Made by a program: the position numbers and the translations under genes. DNA of 64,000 nucleotides from Bugula neritina (lineage: Eukaryota; Animalia; Bryozoa): contig OZ037768.1 in NCBI GenBank assembly GCA_964035545.1, forward strand, positions 9,394,741-9,458,740, written 5' to 3'. The notes beneath the pieces are model-generated. The model was given only the letters and a program-made list of their open reading frames with translations, was not told the DNA's origin and searched no databases. Shown here one piece after another: positions 35,701 through 47,040 of the stretch (the stretch's first letter is position 1; each line of letters opens with the position of its first letter).

Positions 35701-38700
35701 CTTGCGTTGAAAATGCAGAGCGACAAGTGCGAATGTTTTCTCAACGCGCACAGTGGACACCTTTGCTACTTGTGATTTCAATTTTCGCATGCGAAAATAC
35801 GCACCGTGTGGCCCTAGGCTTACAAATTTAATCTATCTATTTTAATACATATCTTTATATTTATAATAATTTTTTTGATATATAGAAATATTAGATAGTA
35901 GGGTGGCTTAGTTATTTTCATAGTATAGGTGTGTAAGTACGTGAACATGTTAATACAAATGAGCCAGTGCCTTCATAAACGTACAGGCATGTGTTCCAAC
36001 CCATAATTTGGAGCATTTGGAGTTCAGTAAGACAGAGCCCACTAGTGCAGCTATACTGTGTACGAGCATGTTATTATTGTCCTAAGAGTTGAAAGGTTAG
36101 CAGCTCTAAACATACTGGTTACAGTCGGCAAAGCAAATAATAATGACAGCTGCCAGCTTCAGATTTGCTCACTAACCAAAACCACAAATATGCTTTGAAG
36201 TTTTGTTTTTGTGCCATTTATCATTAACAAAATTTTTTAAAAAAATTCTGAAACTGCTCATATGTGTACTTATGCCAAAATATTAATCTCAGAAAAAATG
36301 AAACTTATACTAGTAGTAGTCTTCACTCAAACCTTACATTTCTACTTATTTTATGGGCCTTCTATATATCATCGAGACTGCCCCCAATCCCTGCAGGGGG
36401 AGACAACTTTAAAATACAAATCCCCCTAGAGAGATGTCTGAAAACCCTCTATTTCAGGGTTATATGCTCTGGTAAATTAGCTTGATAATAAATGCTAATT
36501 ATTTTTTGGTGGTATGTATATAATGCCAAGTATTACTTGCTAACAATGCTTATAATATAAGTGGTTGAAGGTTATTTCTTAGCTATTATTTATAGTAAAA
36601 AGTTTGAGACTTTCTGGTTCTAACAAGCCTAGTATTTGATAGACTGGATAATACAATATATTCCAGAATTTAAAAAGACAAAATGCTCAAAAAAAGAGTA
36701 TCATTAAACTTTAAACAATGCATTTATAGGACACCCTTGTGTTTTTGAGGTACCTAAATAGATCAAATGAACTCAATTTTTTCAACCACATAAAAAGTAC
36801 TAGATGGCCTTTTGGTATAAAAGTTACAGCTCTGCTCTATCAGAAAAGTGGCTTTTTGTAAACCGTCTGGTGATCTGTCTGAGCAAATTATTTTATAGTC
36901 TTGAAAAAATATGCTTTTTCTACTTGTATTCTTTATTTTATTTACTATATTTAAAGTCCAGATTCTATAATATTCAAGATATAAATTTCAGCATTTACTG
37001 CAGTTAATTATATTTGTATAAAAATTAAATGGTGGTTTTGTTATTTGATGCAGGGTGTTGGATTATCAGTGCATGCTCCATTCAGGGTAGCTACAGAAAA
37101 GACATTGTTTGCCATGCCAGAAACAGCTATTGGTAATCTCTCTACTAACTGAAAATAAATAAATATTACTGTACAAAGTAGTTGGACAAAGTTATAAAAA
37201 ATTGTTCACTGTTAAAATATTTCAAATTTCAGGTAACTAATTAGAAACTTGTGCTACTAATTTCTGTCAGGTGATCATTCTATAATATAAATTCTTTATT
37301 ACCAGCTTATGAACACTGTCAAGATTCAAATATTAAAAAAATTTATGACTATTTTGAAATTTCATAGAGTAAGACAATAATTTAAATATGTTTTGATTTA
37401 AAAGGCAATTTCCACAAACATTTTATCATTTTAATTTTATATATAGCTATAAGATAACCTAACAGCTATAAGATAAACTAAATTAAATTTGAAATATCTG
37501 ATGGTGTGTGCTAATTTGCTCTTAATAGAAAATTTGGTTGCTTTTGTTTAGTTGGTTGGTAGTCTTCCAGTAGTAAGTTTTATTAGTGCCAAGTTCGTAT
37601 TTTTCAACCACCACTGAAGTTAGAATGAGCATTTTTGTACTTGCTTTCAAAATAATGTTTAGTTTGATGTAAAGTTTGAGCTTTTATTTAGAGAAAACAA
37701 CTTCATAGGTATTTAATATTTAATGTTTTATTATGTACATTGTAACTGTTGTTCACTGCTGTAGTCTTATTCTTCAGGTTTGTTCCCTGATGTGGGTGGC
37801 AGTCACTTTCTTTCAAGACTCGAAGGTTCTATTGGTTTGTATTTAGCTCTGACCGGTTGCAGACTGAAAGGAGAAGATGTGCATAGAGCTGGCATTGCTT
37901 CTCATTACATAACACATGAAAATGGTTTAGTACGTCTCCTTAGTCTTGTTTATTAGAATGTATATAAACTTACTTGTTCGTTTTATTCAACAGTTATACA
38001 ATAAGGTTCTTATTATCTATTTATATTTTATTGTTATTTATTCAGTTTCACATAACAATGAAATTGTTATTATAATTGGTCTCTTTAGCAATTATTCATG
38101 TTAAACTTTTAGTATGAAAGGATGCAAGCAGATCTTCTGACACTGAGTAATCCAACTCGAGACTCCATCAATGAGTTACTTGATTCATTTCATAAACAAG
38201 TGAGAACTCCATAGTATTTCAGACATTTATGCAGTTGTCTGTCATGACCAGTGCCCTATACCAAGTTTATGGAAATGATATATTATTTGTTTTTTTTTCA
38301 TAACCTTATTGCTTACAGTATTTGAGTTTCTTGTTGTAATGTTTACAGAGTTGCACGAAAAGCCCTTATTCCCTCGCTCCTCATCTGCCCAAAATAAATG
38401 AGATCTTCAGCTTGCCCACGCTGGAGCAAATATACGCTGCCCTGGAGAGTGAAGACTCAGAATGGTCTAATAAAACACTCAATACTCTCAAAAAGATGGT
38501 AGGTTTTCAAACTGCATATGCTTGACTGGTAGAATGAATGTGTGTAAGTGGTATACTTTTTTGTAGATCAAACTTTAATGTAAAAATAAAGTTTATAATA
38601 AATTTTCATTGAGAAATATCACACTCGCGTGCACAGCAGTGTTTGTAAACAATTTGGATGAGTGGTTGAAACTTCAAGAAAGATTGGAGTTATCTTTTCT

Positions 38701-39216
38701 CTTGAGTTTGTATAAAATATTGTTGCTGCTGTACAATTTACTTAGCACAATTATCCTTACCACCTAATCATAAATAGCTGTTGGGACTTCCTTTTAATAA
38801 TTTTAAAACATAGAATATTATTAAGGAATCTGTAATTAAAATGCAAATAATGAAAATTGCTCGACTAAATCTAATTGATATAATTTTGTGACTAAATGAA
38901 CAGTATTGTATATTCAACTGTATGAAATGTGACATATGCATCTGTATTTTAGTCTCCTACTTCTATGAAGATAACAATGGAACAACTAAGGCGAGGTAAA
39001 ACTATGAATCTAGCGGAATGCTTGAAAATGGAACTACGCATGTGCAGAACCATCATGTTGAATAAAGATTTCTATGAAGGGGTGAGGGCTGTGCTGATTG
39101 ATAAAGACCATCAACCTCTATGGAGACCCAATAGTATTGAAGAAACTAGTGATGAATATGTTCAAACATACTTTGAGCCAATTCCAGAAGGGAAGGAGTT
39201 GGAAATAAAGTCTTAG
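29752..39216 (+). CDS. HIBCH: 3-hydroxyisobutyryl-CoA hydrolase, mitochondrial
   Basis: 10 exons: 29752-29835, 31254-31409, 31512-31599, 32355-32441, 32924-32976, 37054-37132, 37778-37929, 38113-38199, 38349-38498, 38953-39216. [62 protein letters not shown]; exon 1 resembles a transit peptide. Confidence 0.95.
29840..30990. repeat. (ANWNTN)n hexamer-lattice tract, HIBCH intron 1
   Basis: Starts 9 bp into the intron: AGTGTG AGTGAC AGAGTG AGACTG AGAGTG GGAGTT (29845-29880); later ATACTC ATGCTG ATACTA ATAGTC. Confidence 0.8.
34184..34342 (-). pseudogene. Transposase helix-turn-helix relic (Harbinger/ISL2EU type)
   Basis: [45 protein letters not shown] resembles the DLAYRFG.S.STVSRIF..W...L...L motif upstream of DDE_Tnp_4 domains; recognised by eye only. 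Confidence 0.55.
35477..35819. mobile_element. 343-bp PIF/Harbinger (Tourist-like) MITE
   Basis: About 70-bp near-perfect TIRs GCCTGGGGCCACACGGTGCG... / ...CGCACCGTGTGGCCCTAGGC; TTA TSD at 35474-35476 and 35820-35822; empty site with a single TTA present in the opposite arm. Confidence 0.92.
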
Positions 39217-39449
39217 TGTAGAAATAAAATTAGTCAAGTCAAGGCCAAAGCTCGCTCTGGGATACATAGCAGACAGTCAAAGCTTTGGTATGCTGTATTT
39301 AAAAAAATATTAAATTGATTTTCCGGTAGATTTTAGGATGATAAATTATGTGTGCGTAATAATGCTTTTGTAATATGTAAAAATAAGATTTATTTTTTTA
39401 GAAGTAATTAACAAATAAATTTACAACATTAAAAAGCATTGGTGAAGTG

Positions 39450-41809
39450 TTATTCATTTGTAGACCTTATTTGTGTATTGACATGTATATTCCTGCGAGT
39501 ATCTAAATTGGTTGGTGGACCAGAGCGGCGTTGTGCAATAAAACAACATATAAACACGCTGGTTATTCCAATGAGCGAGATAGTGGAGGTTATGTTGAAA
39601 AGCTCTGCATGGTCATATCTCAAGTACCATAGAATACACAGCATGAACGCAAACAGGGGTACCATAAGATTACCAGTTTCCAGCATTGGAGTGTCTGGTG
39701 CGGGCCTAGTTGGAGGTTCGTCACGGTTAACAGAGTCATTTATTAGAGCATGTATTGCCATGTTATTAATAATGTTATAGTGCTGCAGGGTTCTTTGTTC
39801 TTGAAGTACTTGTCCATTGCATATCAATCTGATGAGCTTATTAGAAGACAGCTCGGCAGCAAAGTTGCACCTAAAATATACAGATAGGATATACAAACGG
39901 TAAAAAGTAAGCATTGCTGTAGTTTAAGTTTGCTAAAAATATTTTCCCTCAAACCAAGTGCATTAACTACCTTATAAAATCTTGAACTGTGTCAGTTACT
40001 TTAGCTCTTGTCAACCTTTCATTGTCATCAATAAATTTAAGTCGAATTTGTATTGTGTCCTCAGTGTCTGAAGGTTGTGTGCTCTCCTCACTGCCCAGTA
40101 CTGTATCACTGTTAGACTCTGAGGCTATGGGTTTTTTCTTGTCTGAAGGATCTCCCTCTACACTGGAGACTGAATCTGATGGTTTCTCTAGTCCAGCATT
40201 GGCACCAGGAATATTCTAGAATAATTATGAAACATCAGACATTCAGTTATTTAGCACTACTTACAGATGACAATATTGTAAAAGGAATTACTTGCTACTT
40301 CAGAGTTTAGAAATAAATCTTCTTTCCATACAAAAATATTGATTGCTTACAAACTCAACTGAAATTATTCATATTTGTGTAAGAAATCGAATACAATAAA
40401 GTTATGATCAAACAAAATGCTTCTGAAACTATTTATTCTATACTTCTGTTGGTTATTCTAATGCATAACAGGGGCCAAACATATTACAGGTGAGATCAAG
40501 TGGAACTACGTTATGTGACTGTTTTTTGATAGAAAGTCATTTTGGCAATTCTAACTGTTCTACAGTTCTGCCAGTTGAAAGTAAGTGCTGCCCTGAACAA
40601 TTTCAACATATATTTCAAAACGATTATCAGCATACAACCGCTACAAGAAAATCTGAGGTCTTTCAATGCATAACAGGAACCCTCCAGTTTCTAAGGATTA
40701 TCAATTGTCATGTAGTGTAGCTGTTATGTAATATAACTGATTAGTAGATGAAAGTCAGTGATAAGACTGTAAGCATAACAATAGCAGACCTCTGTAAGTC
40801 CATCACTACTATCGGATTCATCACTATCTCTATGAAGCAAATCCTCAGCTGCTGAATTCAGTGTTTCTGTATTGCTGCCATTTTCTATACAAAATAAAAA
40901 TTTAAAAGTACGATTTTCACATGTGACTCCACACAATGACAATTTACTACACACTTTGAAAAATATTGCAAGTTGTCTCCTCTTTTGGAACCTCATATAT
41001 AAAAATCATATGAAAGTTAAACAGAATTTTGCCTGACAAATTCAAGTGGTTAATTTGAGCAAAAGTCAGCAATATTTTGTTGCAAAATCTAAGCAATTGA
41101 AAGGATTGCTTCACAAGAGTTAGTTTTATTGGACAAGCATATGTTGCATATTTTTGCAAGTTAACTTATTTGGTGCAATACATGGTGTTGCAACTGTGCA
41201 TCAATAATAAAATCCTAGTCATTATTTAAAGCTTGTTACCCCAATAGTAATTTTTTAATAAAAAACCAGCAACTACATACTTGGCTTATATTCGTTTTAG
41301 TATAGTAAAGTTTCCACATAAAATAGTATTTAAATTATATGAATTTGAAAGCTAATGAAAATTTCAAATTTCACCTGCTGTGATGGAATTTATTTCTTCA
41401 GACAAATCCCTGGCCAAATTATCGGACTGATCATTAGTTTCAACGTTTTCTTCGTCAATATTGTCTGACCTCTGGGCTCGAAGAATAGTGGTTTGAGAGG
41501 GCACTGGCTATAATCATGAAAGGAATTAATCAATTTGACAAGTATTCCAGTCATCGAAGACAGTACAAGTTTAAATTTTAAGTATACGTGAACATTTGGA
41601 CTTACATCAGTAGTAGAACTGTTTATATGCCTGTTGAGTTCCACATTACTTCGCTGAATTCTTACGGGTGACAGCCTTGCCTGACTGTTGGTAAGATTTG
41701 TAGAAGACCAGGCTAAACTAAGTAGAACCACTACAAGTGCCAGACCGAAACCTAAGAGAACATCATTTCCAACTCCTTCTATGATTGCACCACTTAAATC
41801 TTGCTCCAT
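39450..41809 (-). CDS. TMUB1: Transmembrane and ubiquitin-like domain protein (TMUB1/2-like)
   Basis: Exons 41809-41606, 41507-41375, 40884-40790, 40215-39971, 39870-39450, phase-compatible. IIEGVGNDV plus TM helix and LAWSST, UBL domain IRLKFIDDNER..IRLICNGQVL..IHALI, C-terminal TM pair ILWYLRYDHAELF. Confidence 0.9.
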
Positions 41810-42089
41810 ATCCTAACTAAATAAATAAGAAATTTACTCAAAACAATATTTACCTTGCCCATTTTGCCCAAGGTTTATTCCCAACAGTATAAAGATACGA
41901 TCTTTAAACAATGAGAATACAATTATTAAAATATTATCCCGCCAAAATATTGTTTCTATTAATTATTTAAGGTTGTTGATCAGTTTTACTTTCTTATACC
42001 CTAGGGCCTAGAATATAGCTAACTATACATTGAGATAATGCACCAAATTACAAACTTTTTAATGACATCAAAATTACGAAATATAGTTT

Positions 42090-42684
42090 TCAATTATCAA
42101 TAATTATTAATTAGTATTGTTGTATTTACTATTGACTTTAGGTGCATAATCACAATGACAATCATTATTGATCGTTAGTTTCCAGCTATTAAATACAACA
42201 ACTAAATATTAATAATCAATATGAATGCGACAACTATTAATTGCCAATCTTAATTAAAGTATCAGCTACAATAACCATGAGTATGATTATGACCATCACA
42301 GCTGAACTCAAAGTGAAGGCTAACGAAATTAAATAACTAAGTATATCACAAGGCCAAGGCAAATGTTATTGATATCATTATTCATTGATGATATTGATTG
42401 AAAATTGACGGAAAATTAATTATAATTATAAACTGAAATTGAAACTGCTGTTGTAAGTGTAAGACAAAACTAAGAGTTAAGCTCTGTAGACTGTAAGACT
42501 AAGAGCAAAGGTAAGTGAACGCATTCACAGTGACATTCAGTTTCACATTGAGGCTGGCTATTGGATTCGATGCCAAGGGTAGCTATGTATGATAGTTATA
42601 GTATGAGCATCAGTACGAGTATGAGCAGCACCTGCACTGTGAAACATAATTAGAATGTCAGATACGACATTATATTATTACTAT
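42090..42684. repeat. (ANWNTN)n tract, distal half (TMUB intron 1)
   Basis: AGTATG AGCATC AGTACG AGTATG (from 42600); ends at the LTR element's TSD. Confidence 0.7.
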
Positions 42685-43309
42685 TGTAATGTTACGAAAT
42701 AGGATGTTTACAGATATTATAACTTGTAGTACAATCACACACAATCACAATGTCATTAACCTCAAATTAGCCTAACCACTAGCTGCTAGTAGTCTACCTA
42801 ATGCTTCTTTAATCACTACCCCAAAACAGTAGCTACGCATGTAGAATGATTCATAGTCAGCAGCTATGCTTGCATCAGCTGTGATGTCACACGATGCTTG
42901 TTTACTTCAGCCCACTTCTTGAAACAGTAAGATCCTACCCCAAAATAGTAAATTGTAAAATCATACCTCTTACAACACAATAATGTTTATCAAATGGATT
43001 AGTATATAAGACAAAACCATTTTTAGTAGTTGCAATATTGTTAGAGTCATGCTGTCAGTTTGGACAGCATCAAATTTATGTAAGACTACTAAAGAGTAGC
43101 ATTATTTGAAAGACTGTGCAAAGCCACAGCATTAACATAACAGTAGACTAGGAGAGAGAGAAAAGAGTTTTTATGGTCAGCATTTGGTCAGTATTTGGTG
43201 ACTCAAATAAACTCTGATCACGTCTAAAACCCTCCCTATTCCTAGTCAGGCTGTATAAGCTAGAGTGTCACTCTAAAGCAAGAGTCATAGCAAAGAGTGT
43301 CATTCTATA
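42685..43309 (+). repeat. 5' LTR (625 bp, intron-less form)
   Basis: Starts TGTAATG, ends CATTCTATA; TATATAA near 43003, AATAAA near 43206. Confidence 0.93.
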
Positions 43310-43909
43310 GTAAAAACTCTTACTCAAGTCCGGGAGTAAAAACTCTTTCTCAAAGTCCGGGAGAAAAAGCTCCATCTCAAGTCCAACAAAAGAAGTCGAC
43401 AAACATAAGACGACCACAAAGAGAACCTCACTTCTACCCACCTCAACTATATAAACATTATTAACATTTATCAGGATTATTCTCAACTCCTCTCAACTAC
43501 ACACAAAGGTGACCTGGAATCAGCAGATTGGTGAGAGATTACCATATAACCCTCACCTTCACATATAAGTGACATAATTATAAAGAAAATAGTTGAATGG
43601 AAAGTTATTAGAATAATTAGGCTTGCATGCAGATTTATTTTTTGGAAGTATTGTAATTATAGAAACTCCATTTGATAAACATTGTGTCAAAGCCCCATAA
43701 AATTAATTAGGATCTCCCTGTTTCTGATTGGGCAGTTGGGTGCAATCCCTGTGCTGGCATCAGCTGTTTGTTTGCATTAGCTGTTGGCTAGTGATAAATC
43801 TTGACAAACTAGTCCAAACTAGTTTTCCTACTGAATTTAGGTTATAAAATAGCTGTAGTAAGTAAATGCATGCTTTTCACTAACTGTCTCTATTACTAAC
43901 ACAGCAACA

Positions 43910-46654
43910 ATGAATGATGACACATCCACATGTAGTAATAGCATTAGGATTAGCAGCCGAGTCAAAACCCTATCTACAAAGGGAAAACAATTAGAGGTAG
44001 AAAAAAGGTTTAAATCTGTCACAAGTGCAATTAAAAGGTTTAGAAGTAGGCATGCAGCAACAGACAATCATGATAATGAATTTTGGGATGACATACAACG
44101 AATTATGTTAGATGCAGATGCTGACTTAGCAATTCTAAAGTCATTAGCTCCAAGTCATCCTCACCTTGAGGACTTAACACAACAAATTAACAGTATACAT
44201 GAACAATGTAAGGGCGAAAGCCATTCAGTACATGCTAGCAGTAAACACACATCAAAAGCAAGCTCATTCATCTCAGCCAAGACAAAATTGCAAGTTGCAC
44301 AATTAGAAAGTGAAATGGAAGCCATGCAAAGACAGGCTGAGCTAGAAAGGCAGTTAGCCAATGTCCAGTTGGAACTAAGTAAAAGTAAGCTGTTAGAAAA
44401 ACAGAAACAACTGAGAATAAGGCAGGAAATAATAGAGGAACATGATGTAGATGTTAGAGATGAGCTAGCAGAGTATTTAGATAATTGCCAACCAATAGTG
44501 AATCAGGAAAGCAATAGTGAAGTTATTTTTAGTAGGCCAGTAGAAGTTTTGCAAAGCAACCAACCACAGCAAATAGGCAGCATACAAAACAACGAATCAC
44601 AGCATTCTACATGCAGTAATGAATACCTGGCCACATGCTTAACAAGAGCAATACAAGCCAACAATGTGCCGAAGCCACCAATATTTAGGGGAAATCCCTT
44701 AGACTTTATAGATTGGGAATATGCCATAGAGAGTTACATCAAGGATAAAATGATAGGTGATGATGGTAAAATGTATGTCTTGAAACAGCATGTTGATGGA
44801 CCTGCTAGAGAAGCAATTAGTGGCCTATGCAGTTTACATACACTAGCAGCATACCAAAAGGCCAGAATAATTTTGAAAGAAAGATTTGGGTCAGAATTCA
44901 CAGTTGCTAATGAATTTCGAAAGAAAATTAATGCTTGGCCCAAAATGAAACCACATGAACATAAGCAGATACAATCATTTTCTGACTTCCTCACACATTG
45001 CGAAATAGCAGCAAAAGATATTAAAGAGTTGGAAATTTTAAATGATTGCGAAAAGAATCTTGAGCTCATGTCCAAGCTGCCAGATAACATGATAAATAGA
45101 TGGAAGCGTGAGGTAACCACGCATAGGAAAAATCACAGGAGTTACCCCAGTTTTAGTCAGTTTGTAAAGTTTGTGCAAACAGAAGCGGAAATCCTAAACG
45201 ATCCAATCACTTCATCTTTGCTAGGTTCAAGGGTCATAGACTCAAATAAGCCTCAAAAGCACAACAATAAGGGCATTAGCTTTGCTACTAGCATAGAAAA
45301 GCATTCTCCTGATGTTAAAAGTACAGAAAACCACAAAGCTAAACTATGCCTCTACTGCAATTACAGTAATCATAGCACACATGAGTGTAGAAAACTGGCT
45401 AGCATACCAGTTGATCAAAGACAACAGTTCATTACTAGTAAAAGATTATGCTTTGGTTGCTTGAGAATAGGTCACATGACAAAAGAATGCAGAAATAGAG
45501 CTACTTGTAAAATATGCCAAAAAAGGCATCCTACTGTAACACATAGAAGCAATCAGCCAGCTACACAAGCTAACAACAGTAATACCAAAGTAGAAACAGT
45601 GCAGGTAAATGAAGTAGCAAGTAGCAACAACCCAGAGCAAGTAACAGCTAACAGCAACAATACAGTGGCTAAAACAAATGGCTTGTGCTCAATGGTTGTG
45701 CCTATATACCTAGCAACTGTAGATAACCCTAATGAGGAAGTGCTAACTTATGCACTCTTAGATAGCATGTCAGATACCACATTTGTAACTAACCAAGTTG
45801 TTAGTAAGCTACAAACAGCTACAAGCAAACCAGTTTCTCTTAAACTAACAACAATGACAGCTGACAACTTGGAAATGAAGTGTAAGGTGTACAATAACTT
45901 GACCATTAGAGGACTGAACATGCATGAGCAGATACAAGTAGGAAAGACTTACAGTAGGGACAGCATTCCAATTAACAAGCAGCACATACCCACACCAGAA
46001 ATTGCCACTAGATGGCCACACCTTAAATGCATTGCAGGTGAAATACCACAAGGTTTAGATATAGAGATAGGAATGCTTATAGGGTATGACAACTCCAGAG
46101 CTTTAGTGCCACTTGAAACTAAAATAGGCCTTGCAATCAATGATCCCTTTGCTCTGAGAACACCTCTAGGATGGTGTATTGTAGGCAATAGTGGTAAGCA
46201 TGAAACAAACTCATTTCCCACATGCAATAGGGCTATGGCTCATGAGCAGAACTTGAGTTCAGATATCTTGAATGTCCTACAGCAAGATTATACCGACACA
46301 AAGTACATTGGTACTCATAACATGTCACAGGAAGATGCCAAGTTTTTAGATAACATGCGCAACAATATTAAACAAAGAGAAGACAATTATTACAGCATGC
46401 CACTGCCGTTTAAAAATGCTAAGCCACAATTACCAAACAATAGACAATTAGCTGTGCACAGACTTGATACCCTCAAAACTAAAATGCTTAAAGACCAGAA
46501 ATATCGAACAGATTACGTGGCATTCATGACAGACATAATAAACAATGGCGATGCAGAATTGGTGCCTACAACTTGTGAGGCAAGCAATCATCAGTGGTAC
46601 ATTCCCCACTTTGGCGTGTATCACCCCAAAAAGAAAAAGATTAGTAAAGCATAA
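43910..46654 (+). CDS. Bel/Pao Gag-protease polyprotein truncated at the start of RT (914 aa)
   Basis: Coiled coil, PPIFRGNPLDFIDW capsid-like region, three Cys/His knuckles (CLYC..H....C, CFGC....H....C, CKIC...H....H), protease ALLDSMSDTTF, TPLGW, RT entry WYIPHFGVYHPKK then break. Confidence 0.92.
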   Translation: MNDDTSTCSNSIRISSRVKTLSTKGKQLEVEKRFKSVTSAIKRFRSRHAATDNHDNEFWDDIQRIMLDADADLAILKSLAPSHPHLEDLTQQINSIHEQCKGESHSVHASSKHTSKASSFISAKTKLQVAQLESEMEAMQRQAELERQLANVQLELSKSKLLEKQKQLRIRQEIIEEHDVDVRDELAEYLDNCQPIVNQESNSEVIFSRPVEVLQSNQPQQIGSIQNNESQHSTCSNEYLATCLTRAIQANNVPKPPIFRGNPLDFIDWEYAIESYIKDKMIGDDGKMYVLKQHVDGPAREAISGLCSLHTLAAYQKARIILKERFGSEFTVANEFRKKINAWPKMKPHEHKQIQSFSDFLTHCEIAAKDIKELEILNDCEKNLELMSKLPDNMINRWKREVTTHRKNHRSYPSFSQFVKFVQTEAEILNDPITSSLLGSRVIDSNKPQKHNNKGISFATSIEKHSPDVKSTENHKAKLCLYCNYSNHSTHECRKLASIPVDQRQQFITSKRLCFGCLRIGHMTKECRNRATCKICQKRHPTVTHRSNQPATQANNSNTKVETVQVNEVASSNNPEQVTANSNNTVAKTNGLCSMVVPIYLATVDNPNEEVLTYALLDSMSDTTFVTNQVVSKLQTATSKPVSLKLTTMTADNLEMKCKVYNNLTIRGLNMHEQIQVGKTYSRDSIPINKQHIPTPEIATRWPHLKCIAGEIPQGLDIEIGMLIGYDNSRALVPLETKIGLAINDPFALRTPLGWCIVGNSGKHETNSFPTCNRAMAHEQNLSSDILNVLQQDYTDTKYIGTHNMSQEDAKFLDNMRNNIKQREDNYYSMPLPFKNAKPQLPNNRQLAVHRLDTLKTKMLKDQKYRTDYVAFMTDIINNGDAELVPTTCEASNHQWYIPHFGVYHPKKKKISKA

Positions 46655-46933
46655 AGGTAGCATAACTCCCAGACTCACAATTATTGACTTGACAGATGCT
46701 AAACATCTTATAATACAGTGGGTACAAACATAGTCATTTTCAGATGAATATTACAGGCTAAGTAAAAACAAACATGTAAGTAAAGATAGAAACACATAAA
46801 ACTGAGACGACTTAATTCGTAAGGTAAAGGTGCAACTAGCAACTACAGAGTTGAACAGTAAAGGTGTGAGACTAGCTCCACCCACATACTTAGATAGGCC
46901 TATCCACAAATTAATTTACCTATTTACCCCATA
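46655..46933 (+). pseudogene. Residual pol fragments of the Bel/Pao element
   Basis: LTIIDLTDAKHLIIQWVQ (pre-integrase linker) and DLIRKVKVQL..YLDRPIHKLIYL* (Pao integrase C-terminal tail) juxtaposed by deletions. Confidence 0.75.
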
Positions 46934-47040
46934 ACCTTTGCATGCATACCTATATTAGTATTTTAGCTTAGTATTTTAAATGCATAATAATATAATTGTT
47001 AATTCCCTCTAAGTGAATAGAGAGAAATTAAAGGGGGGAG

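Larger units (their letters stand above)
33239..36450. mobile_element. 3.2-kb non-autonomous DNA transposon with about 0.9-kb TIRs (PHIS/ISL2EU-like) in HIBCH intron 5
   Basis: Left arm 33239-~34135 is the reverse complement of ~35211-36450 (less a nested MITE); flanked by AT on both sides (33237-8, 36451-2; a TA reading is also possible); spacer holds a transposase HTH relic. Confidence 0.85.

Noticed and set aside
33072-36485. Two ORFs with identical N-termini ([13 protein letters not shown]...) as duplicated genes
   Set aside because: They are the two arms of the inverted repeat; no recognisable protein features.
40955-40991. Possible TMUB mini-exon VPKEETTCNIFQ
   Set aside because: Needs a weak GAG acceptor; exon 41507-41375 already joins the flanking exons in phase.
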